In this document: positions 57,030-64,000 of the stretch, piece after piece
Position numbering within the stretch: the first letter of the stretch is position 1
Layout of the letters: each line of letters opens with the position of its first letter
The notes under the pieces: model-generated
The model's input: the letters and a program-made list of their open reading frames with translations, nothing else
The model's database searches: none
What the model was told of the DNA's origin: nothing
Source of the DNA: Polyangiales bacterium
GTDB lineage: Bacteria; Myxococcota_A; Polyangia; Polyangiales; Ga0077539
Assembly (NCBI GenBank): GCA_044229975.1
Contig: JBGARZ010000018.1
Location: 96,001 to 160,000, forward strand
Reading direction: 5' to 3'
Length of the DNA stretch: 64,000 bases
Translations under genes and position numbers: made by a program

Positions 57030-58463
57030 TCAGCTCTCCAGCAGGAGCGCGTCGGGGTCTTGCAGCAGGCGGATGATCTCGTAGGCGAAGGCCGCGCCCA
57101 CGTGACCGTCGACGACGCGGTGGTCGAAGCTGAGCGAGAGCAGCATCACCTCGCCGATGACGATCTGTCCGTCGCGCACCACGGGCTTCTGCTTGATCTG
57201 GTGCACGCCGAGGATCGCCACCTCGGGGAAGTTGATGATGGGCGTCGCGAAGAGGCCGCCCTGCGCGCCGAGCGAGGTGATGGTGAAGGTGCTGCCCTGG
57301 AGGTCGTCGACCTTCATCTTGCCGCTCTTCACGTCGGTGCCGAGCCGATCGATCTCGCGGGCGAGGTCGAGCAGGCTGCGGCGGTCGGCGTTCTTCACCA
57401 CCGGAACCACGAGCCCGGCCTCGGACGAGGCCGCGATGCCGAGGTTGTAGTACTTGCGGTAGACGAGCTCGTTGGTCGACTCGTCGATGGCCGTGTTGAG
57501 GATGGGAAACTTCTTCAGCGCCAACACCGCCGCCTTGGCGATGAACGGCAGGAAGGTGAGCTTCACGCCCTGCGACTGCGCCCGCGGGCGCATCCGGTCG
57601 CGCACGTCCTTGAGCGCCGAGACGTCGCACTCCTCCACGAAGGTGAAGTGTGCCGCCGTGTGCACCGACTGCGACATGCGCTCGGCGATCTTCCGGCGCA
57701 GCCCCGCGAACGGGACCCGCTCCTCCAGCACTTCGCCGCCCTTCGCCGCAGGCGACGCGATGGACACCGGCGCGCGCGTCGTGATCGCAGCGGGAGCCGC
57801 CGCGGGCTTGCTCGCCACCACCGGAGTCGTCGGCTCGCTCGCCGCCCTCGGAGCTTCGACCGCTGCCGCGGGCGCAGTGCCCCGATCGGCAAACGCCCGC
57901 ACGTCGTCCTTCGTCACGCGCCCCTGCGGACCGCTCGGTCGCACACGGTTCAGGTCGACGTCGAGGTCGCGCGCCAGCTTGCGCGTCGCTGGGGTCGCGA
58001 GCGCCCGCCCGTTGGGTGCCCGGTAGTCGTCCGCCGCGGGCACTGCCGTCGCCTTCGCGGGCGCCGTGGCAGCCGCCGCGAGGGCCGCGGGCGTCGCGGT
58101 CACGGTCATCGTCCCCATGCCCGGCAGCGACTCCTTGATGTCGCCCACCGCCGTGGCCGCGGGGCCCTGCTCCTTCTTGGGCGCTTCAACCACCGCAGCG
58201 GGCGCCGCAGGGGCTGCACCACCAGACAGGTCGAACACCACCAGCACCGAGTGGACCTTCACGATCTCGCCGGGCTTGCCGTTGAGCTCGGCGATGCGGC
58301 CCGCCTTCGGCGACGTGATGGTCACCGAGGCCTTGTCGGTCATCACGTCGACGATGGGCTGATCTTCCTTCACCACGTCGCCCGTCTTCACGTGCCACGC
58401 GACGACCTCACCCTCGGTCACGCCCTCGCCGATGTCCGGCAGCTTGAACTCATAGCGGCTCAT
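57030..58463 (-). CDS. 2-oxoacid dehydrogenase E2 dihydrolipoamide acyltransferase
   Basis: Lipoyl domain (MTDKA), ATP..RKLAR and FDHRVVDG motifs. Confidence 0.95.
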   Translation of the reverse strand: MSRYEFKLPDIGEGVTEGEVVAWHVKTGDVVKEDQPIVDVMTDKASVTITSPKAGRIAELNGKPGEIVKVHSVLVVFDLSGGAAPAAPAAVVEAPKKEQGPAATAVGDIKESLPGMGTMTVTATPAALAAAATAPAKATAVPAADDYRAPNGRALATPATRKLARDLDVDLNRVRPSGPQGRVTKDDVRAFADRGTAPAAAVEAPRAASEPTTPVVASKPAAAPAAITTRAPVSIASPAAKGGEVLEERVPFAGLRRKIAERMSQSVHTAAHFTFVEECDVSALKDVRDRMRPRAQSQGVKLTFLPFIAKAAVLALKKFPILNTAIDESTNELVYRKYYNLGIAASSEAGLVVPVVKNADRRSLLDLAREIDRLGTDVKSGKMKVDDLQGSTFTITSLGAQGGLFATPIINFPEVAILGVHQIKQKPVVRDGQIVIGEVMLLSLSFDHRVVDGHVGAAFAYEIIRLLQDPDALLLES

Positions 58464-58476
58464 CGATCGTGTCCTC

Positions 58477-59451
58477 TCAGAACCGGGCGGTCTCGACGAT
58501 GGCCGGGAGGATGCGACCCGCCAGCGGCAGGTAATCCATCTCCAGCGTGTACGGGAACGGCGTGTCGTACCCGGTCACGCGCACCGGCGGCGCCTCCAGG
58601 TGAAGGAAGGCCTTCTCGTTGATGAGCGCGATGAGCTCCGCGCCGAACCCGCAGGTCTTCGGCGCCTCGTGCACCACCACCACGCGGCCGGTCTTCTTCA
58701 CGCTCGCGACGATGGTGTCGATGTCCACCGGCCAGAGCGTTCGGAGGTCGATGACCTCGGTGTCGATGCCCTGCGACGCCGCCTGGTTGGCCGCCTCGAT
58801 GGCCTCGTAGAGCATCGCGCCCCACGCCAGCACCGTGACCTGCGTGCCCGGCCGCACCACCTTCGCCTGCGACAACGGAACCGTGTAGTCGCCTTCGGGC
58901 ACTTCACTCCGCGCCGCGCGGTACACGCGCTTCGGCTCGAAGAAGAGCACCGGGTCTTCGTCACGCAGCGACGAGAGCAGCAGGCCCTTGGCGTCGTACG
59001 GGTTGGACGGGCAGACGACCTTCAGGCCCGGCGTGTGGATGAAGTACGCCTCGGGGGATTGCGAGTGGTAGTGCCCGCCGCGGATGCCGCCGCCCACGGG
59101 CGTGCGGATGACCATCTTGGCCGGGTACTCGCCGCCCGACCGGTAGCGGAACTTCGCGAGCTCCGAGACGATCTGGTCGAAGGCCGGGAAGATGAAGTCC
59201 GAGAACTGGATCTCCGGGACCGGGCGCATCCCGTAGAGGGCCATGCCGATGGCCGCGCCGATGATGCCCCCTTCGGAGAGCGGGGTGTCGATCACGCGGT
59301 CGGCGCCGAACTCCTTCTGGAGTTCTTGCGTGACGCGGAAGACGCCGCCGACCTTGCCAATGTCCTCGCCCAGCAGGACCACTCGCGGGTCGCGCTTCAG
59401 CTCCAGCCGGAGCGCGTCGTTGATCGCCTGCACCATGTTCATCTGCGGCAT
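58477..59451 (-). CDS. 2-oxoacid dehydrogenase E1 beta
   Basis: GEDIG..GGVFR, DTPLSE, EIQF.DF and HSQS motifs. Confidence 0.95.
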   Translation of the reverse strand: MPQMNMVQAINDALRLELKRDPRVVLLGEDIGKVGGVFRVTQELQKEFGADRVIDTPLSEGGIIGAAIGMALYGMRPVPEIQFSDFIFPAFDQIVSELAKFRYRSGGEYPAKMVIRTPVGGGIRGGHYHSQSPEAYFIHTPGLKVVCPSNPYDAKGLLLSSLRDEDPVLFFEPKRVYRAARSEVPEGDYTVPLSQAKVVRPGTQVTVLAWGAMLYEAIEAANQAASQGIDTEVIDLRTLWPVDIDTIVASVKKTGRVVVVHEAPKTCGFGAELIALINEKAFLHLEAPPVRVTGYDTPFPYTLEMDYLPLAGRILPAIVETARF

Positions 59452-59521
59452 CGGAACTCTCCTCAAACCCTCTGCGAAAGACTCTTCGTGACTCTCGTCG
59501 ATGCGTGTCGCGGACGTGCGG

Positions 59522-60640
59522 TCAGTGCCCGCCGCCGCCGCCGTGGCCCGCCGGACGGGGCGCGCGCTCGGCCTCCGCCTGCTGCTCCACGAGGTTCCAG
59601 GGCCTGGTCGCGTAGACGTCCTCGAACATCGTGTTGAGCGCCGGCGCGGCGGCCTTCTCGGCGGCCTCGACCGTGCGCTTGATCTCCGCCTCGACCTGCT
59701 CGGTCCAGGCCTTCTCCTGCGCGTCGTCCCAGAGCCCGAGGCCCTTCACGTGGGCGCGCAGACGCGGCACCGGGTCCTTCTCGCGCTCGGCCTTCATCTC
59801 CGCCTCGACGCGGTACGCCTTCGGATCATCCGAGGTGCTGTGCCCCGACAGCCGGTGCGTGAGCGCCTCGATGAGCGTCGGCCCCTCGCCGCGTCGACCG
59901 CGCTCGATGGCGTCGCGCGTCACCTTGATCATCGCGAGCAGGTCGTTGCCGTCGGCCCGCACGGCCTTCACGCCGTACGCAAAGGCCTTCTGCGCGAAGG
60001 TCTCGCTGCCCGTCTGCTGATCGACCGGCACCGAGATGGCCCAGCCGTTGTTGCGGCACAGGAACACCGTCGGGGTCTTGTAGACGCCCGCGAAGTTCAT
60101 CCCGTTGTGAAACTCCGAGCTCGACGTCGCGCCGTCGCCGAAGAACACCAGCGACACGCTCTTGTCGCCCTTGAGCTTGCCCGCCCAGGAGAAGCCCACG
60201 GCCTGGGTGATCTGCGTTCCGATGGGCGAGCTCACCGAGCCGAACTTGTACGGCCGCCCCGAGTAGTGGTCGGGCATCTGGCGCCCCTTCACCGGGTCGT
60301 TGGCGTTGCCGTACATGTTGTCGAGGTACGTCTGCATGGGCATGCCGCGGAGCAGCAGCGCGCCGAACTCGCGGTAGCAGGGCCACAGCCAGTCGTCGTC
60401 GCCGAGCGCCGCGGCCGGGCCGAGGATGCACGCCTCTTCGCCGAGGCTGCCGATGTGGAAGCCGATGCGCCCCTGCCGCTGGAGGAGCACGAGGCGCTCG
60501 TCGAGCAGGCGGGTGAGCAGCATGTGCTTGAAGAGCTTCACCACCGTCTCGCCCGGGAGCTTCGGGTCGGTTGCCGGGTCGGCCTTCCCGTCGGGGCCGA
60601 GCACCGTCACCACGTCGTCGAGCACGAACTGCGTATCCAT
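59522..60640 (-). CDS. 2-oxoacid dehydrogenase E1 alpha (pyruvate/branched-chain)
   Basis: QRQGRIGF, GDGATS...NN.WAIS and HSTSDD motifs. Confidence 0.95.
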   Translation of the reverse strand: MDTQFVLDDVVTVLGPDGKADPATDPKLPGETVVKLFKHMLLTRLLDERLVLLQRQGRIGFHIGSLGEEACILGPAAALGDDDWLWPCYREFGALLLRGMPMQTYLDNMYGNANDPVKGRQMPDHYSGRPYKFGSVSSPIGTQITQAVGFSWAGKLKGDKSVSLVFFGDGATSSSEFHNGMNFAGVYKTPTVFLCRNNGWAISVPVDQQTGSETFAQKAFAYGVKAVRADGNDLLAMIKVTRDAIERGRRGEGPTLIEALTHRLSGHSTSDDPKAYRVEAEMKAEREKDPVPRLRAHVKGLGLWDDAQEKAWTEQVEAEIKRTVEAAEKAAAPALNTMFEDVYATRPWNLVEQQAEAERAPRPAGHGGGGGH

Positions 60641-60658
60641 CCCTCTATCGCTCCTCGA

Positions 60659-61597
60659 TCAAGGAACCACCGGCAGCGACCGATGCGGCTTCTGCGCGGG
60701 GGGTTCCGGGGTGTCCGTCGTCTTCTTCAGCAGCCCGTGGAGGAAGGCCTCCGCGGCCTTGTAGCTCGATCGCACCAGCGGCCCCGACGCCACGTAACGG
60801 AAGCCCATGGCCAGGCCCTCGTCACGCAGCACCGCGAACTCCTCCGGCGTCACGAAGCGCACCACCTCGTGGTGCTTCGGCGTGGGCCGGAGGTACTGCC
60901 CCAGGGTCAGCACGTCAACGCCCACCGCGCGCAGCGCCCGCATGGTCTCCAGGAGCTCCTCATGCGTCTCCCCGAGGCCCACCATGATCGAGCTCTTGGT
61001 GTACGTCTCGGGCGACACCTTCTTGGCGTGGCGCAGCACCGCGAGCGACTTCTCCAGCGAGCACCGCGCGTCGCGCACCGTGCGCTGGAGGCGCGCGACG
61101 GTCTCCACGTTGTGGGCGAACACGTCGGGCTTCCCCTCCGTGACGGCCGTGGCGACGTCGTCGAGGCTGCCCTGGAAGTCCCCGAGCAGCGCCTCGATGA
61201 GGATGCTGGGCGAGTGGGTGCGGATGGCCCGCAGCGTCTCGGCGACGTGGGCCGCGCCGCCGTCGAGCATGTCGTCGCGGTCGACCATCGTGATGACCAC
61301 GTATTCGAGGCCCATCGCGGCGATGGTGCGGCCGGTGTGCTCTGGCTCGCGCGGGTCGTACGCGCCCATCGGGTTGCCCGTGGTGACGGCGCAGAAGCGG
61401 CAGCCGCGGGTGCACACGTCGCCGAGGATCATGATGGTCGCGGTGCCGGCACCCCAGCACTCGCCGACGTTGGGGCAGCGGGCTTCCTCGCAGACGGTGT
61501 GCAGCTCGTAGCGCCGGAGGGTGTCCTTGATGTGCGTGTAGCGCTCTCCGCCCGGGGCGCGGACCTTGAGCCACTCGGGTTTGCGCTCCATTGCCAT
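60659..61597 (-). CDS. lipA: lipoyl synthase
   Basis: CEEARCPNVGEC, CTRGCRFC, HNVETV and RSSY motifs. Confidence 0.97.
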   Translation of the reverse strand: MAMERKPEWLKVRAPGGERYTHIKDTLRRYELHTVCEEARCPNVGECWGAGTATIMILGDVCTRGCRFCAVTTGNPMGAYDPREPEHTGRTIAAMGLEYVVITMVDRDDMLDGGAAHVAETLRAIRTHSPSILIEALLGDFQGSLDDVATAVTEGKPDVFAHNVETVARLQRTVRDARCSLEKSLAVLRHAKKVSPETYTKSSIMVGLGETHEELLETMRALRAVGVDVLTLGQYLRPTPKHHEVVRFVTPEEFAVLRDEGLAMGFRYVASGPLVRSSYKAAEAFLHGLLKKTTDTPEPPAQKPHRSLPVVP

Positions 61598-61683
61598 CGC
61601 GACACCTCTCGGGCCTTGGCGGTGGGCCTCGGCGGGCGCGGAAGCTAGGGCACGGCAGGGAGGCGAGTCAATCGGAGTGCGCT

Positions 61684-64000
61684 CTACTCCGCCGACACGA
61701 AGCGCCACTGCTCGATGCCCTCGCCGAAGCGAACGCCGGGCCCGTTGTCCCAGCCCTTGAGCGCGGGCACCACGACGTAGCGGTCCGACCCGAAGGCCAG
61801 CGAAAGCAGCGGCAGTCGCTCGGTGAAGAGCACCAGCAGCCTCGTGCGGAGCTGGAGCTGTCGCTCGGGGAAGAGCGCCCGCTCCTCGCGCTCGGCGAGC
61901 GAAGCGACCGCGTCGTCGAAGGCCGCCGTGCGCGCAGTGAGCGACGTGCGCGCACCATCACGAGGCAGATTCCAGAGGCGACGGGACTCGGTGTCGCGCT
62001 CGGCCATGAGCGTGTGCAGCAGCATGCCGCCGTGGTCGCGGCTGCGGACCAGCGCGTTGACCGTCGGCACCTCGTGGTCTTCCACCACCACTCCCACCGC
62101 CGTCCACGCCTGCGCGATGAGCCGCGCGGCCTGCCGCTCGACGGCGCCCGCTCCGTGCGTGAGCCGCAGCGTCTGGCCCGCCACCCCGGCGGCGGTGAGC
62201 GCCTCGCGCGCGGCGTCCTGATCGAAGGGCGTCCGCTGGATGCCCGCGGGCTCATCCCCCGGCATCGGAACCACCGCGGGACGCCCCACCGGCCCGAAGA
62301 GCGCCTCGGCGAGCGCGTCGCGATCGATGGCCTGGAGCAGCGCCGTCCGCACGGCGACGTCCTGGACGAAGGGCGCCGCGGGGTCGGGCTGCAACACGAA
62401 GAGCTGGTTGGACGCGCGCTGCGACACCGCCTGCGGGCTGCGCGTCCGCAGCGCCTCGGCCTCGGCGGTGGTGAGCGCGCTCGGCGCGAGGAGGTCGAGC
62501 TCGCCGCGCTCGAAGGCCTGCGCGAGGGCGGCGTGGTCGGCGATGCAGCGCACCTCGACGCGCGCGATGGCGGGCGGGCGCCCGAGGAAGTAGCGGTTGG
62601 CCTCCATGACGAGCCCCTGCCCCGCGGTGAACGACACCACCCGGTACGGACCGGCGCTCGGCATCACCTGGGTACGGCGCGCCTCGGTGACGGCCTCGTA
62701 GCCGCCGCGGCGCATCACGTCGCCGAGGCGGTGGCGCGGCAGCGGGTTGAGGCCGTCGAGCGCGCTCGCGAGCACGGCGCGGTAGGTGATGCGGATGGTG
62801 CGCGCGTCGGGCGTCTGCACCGAGACCACGCGCGGGTCGGGCGATGCTTCGAGCGCGAAGCGGACGTCGTCGCTGGTGAGGGCGTGGCCGTCGCTCCAGT
62901 GCAGGTTGGGTCGCAGGTGCCAGCGCACCTCGAAGCGCCCGTCGGGGTGAACCTCCAGGCCGTCGTTGCCCACCGAGGGCAGGCCGTCCGCGAGGAAGGC
63001 CACGCGCGAGTCGTCGGGCGCGACGTGCACGAGACCGCGGCGCGCGCCGTAGGTGACGAGGCTGTTCATCAGGGTCGGGAGGTCCGACACGCCGACGCGG
63101 ACCAGGGCGCGCGCGGAGGGAGAGCGCGGGGCGGCGACGAGCGCGGGCACCGGCAGAGCGGGCTGCGGGCGGGGCGCACGCACGAGGACGGCGGTGACCA
63201 CGACGGCGCCGAGCGGGAGCGCGAAGCGGGCGAGGCCGTCGATGCGACGCGCGGCGGGCTCGTGGCCGTTGCGGTGCAGCCAGTACACCGCGACGCTGAT
63301 GAGGAGCGCGAGCGCGGTGACGGCGTAGGCGACGAGGAAGAGGGCGTCGGCGATGGTGAGGTAGGCGACGTCGGGGATGGTGCTCGCCACGCTGAACTGA
63401 AACGCAAAGCACGCGAGCAGGGCGGTGACGCCGATGCCCGAGCGGGCGTCGATGAGCTCGGCCGGGAGCAGCAGCGCGAGCAGCGCCACGAGGAGGATGA
63501 GCACCAGCGGGAGGAAGAGCTTGAGCGCGACGGTGATGACCGGGCGGCGCAGCGTGACCTCGAAGCGAACGCGGTGGACGATGGTGTCCCGGCCCTCGTG
63601 CTGGAGGCTCCCGAGGTCGGAGGGGTATTCGAGCCGGGCGGTGCGGGGGCGGAAGTGGGGGGAGTAGTTCCAGCCGGTGATGCTGAAGTGGGACTCCATG
63701 CCGCTGCCGGTGAGGTCGGGGATGAGCGTGCCGTCGCGCTCGGGCAGCTCGAACTCCACCCCGAGCGCCTGGTCGTCGAAGGGGAAGCGCTGGAGGGGAA
63801 ACTCACCGCGGAGGGTTCCGCGCAGGCGCCACCGCCGGACGTGCCAGCCGTGGTCGTCCTCGGTGCCGAGGTCGTCGCGGTTGAGGTCGCTCTCGTTGGC
63901 GATGCGGAGAATGCCCGGGTCGAAGTCCCCGAGCCATTTCACCCACGCCTCCATGTCGACGTCGAAGGTCCCGTTGCGCTGGTCGAAGCGCGTGACGTCG
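61684..64000 (-). CDS. pentameric ligand-gated ion channel fused to C-terminal family-5 solute-binding domain (5'-partial)
   Basis: FPFDDQ Pro-loop, ITGW, LRR before M1, M1-M4 including P.V.YLT..D. Then LRPNLHWSDG..LT..DV.F, GPY.V, N..F and VR.AL..AIDR of the SBP family 5. Confidence 0.85.
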   Translation of the reverse strand, partial: DVTRFDQRNGTFDVDMEAWVKWLGDFDPGILRIANESDLNRDDLGTEDDHGWHVRRWRLRGTLRGEFPLQRFPFDDQALGVEFELPERDGTLIPDLTGSGMESHFSITGWNYSPHFRPRTARLEYPSDLGSLQHEGRDTIVHRVRFEVTLRRPVITVALKLFLPLVLILLVALLALLLPAELIDARSGIGVTALLACFAFQFSVASTIPDVAYLTIADALFLVAYAVTALALLISVAVYWLHRNGHEPAARRIDGLARFALPLGAVVVTAVLVRAPRPQPALPVPALVAAPRSPSARALVRVGVSDLPTLMNSLVTYGARRGLVHVAPDDSRVAFLADGLPSVGNDGLEVHPDGRFEVRWHLRPNLHWSDGHALTSDDVRFALEASPDPRVVSVQTPDARTIRITYRAVLASALDGLNPLPRHRLGDVMRRGGYEAVTEARRTQVMPSAGPYRVVSFTAGQGLVMEANRYFLGRPPAIARVEVRCIADHAALAQAFERGELDLLAPSALTTAEAEALRTRSPQAVSQRASNQLFVLQPDPAAPFVQDVAVRTALLQAIDRDALAEALFGPVGRPAVVPMPGDEPAGIQRTPFDQDAAREALTAAGVAGQTLRLTHGAGAVERQAARLIAQAWTAVGVVVEDHEVPTVNALVRSRDHGGMLLHTLMAERDTESRRLWNLPRDGARTSLTARTAAFDDAVASLAEREERALFPERQLQLRTRLLVLFTERLPLLSLAFGSDRYVVVPALKGWDNGPGVRFGEGIEQWRFVSAE

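Noticed and set aside
57030..61597. Missing E3 (lpdA) in the dehydrogenase cluster
   Set aside because: E3 is commonly encoded elsewhere and shared between complexes.

Overview
High-GC window with myxobacterial-type gene content (Polyangiaceae/Sandaracinaceae-like lipoproteins, FHA and Ser/Thr kinase genes; the taxonomy is an inference). It has two parts. (1) About 1-17.86 kb is an accessory region ending in a large serine recombinase whose last codons are the antisense of the 3' end of tRNA-Glu(CTC), next to tRNA-Gln(CTG). This looks like an integrated element whose left boundary I cannot see. Its cargo includes an MmeI-like Type IIL restriction-modification gene, a GGDEF protein with an altered active site, an M48-like peptidase, XRE and tandem RHH-like regulators, orphan ORFs and gene debris (a ParA fragment between 9-bp direct repeats, and a frameshifted ORF). 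(2) About 18-64 kb is mostly core genome: zwf, aspS, rpmI-rplT-ihfA-merR, a rimK-like gene, fbaB, E1a/E1b/E2 of a 2-oxoacid dehydrogenase, and lipA. The most notable items here are: a PARP1-like WGR + regulatory + catalytic poly(ADP-ribose) polymerase with an intact H-Y-E triad, a structured leader and coupling to a histidine kinase; a pentameric ligand-gated ion channel with a C-terminal family-5 solute-binding domain; a translationally coupled P-loop ATPase + inactive-NTPase/TPR pair; and two REP/MITE-like inverted repeats. No CRISPR array or rRNA was seen. All family calls come from motif recognition by eye, not database searches.
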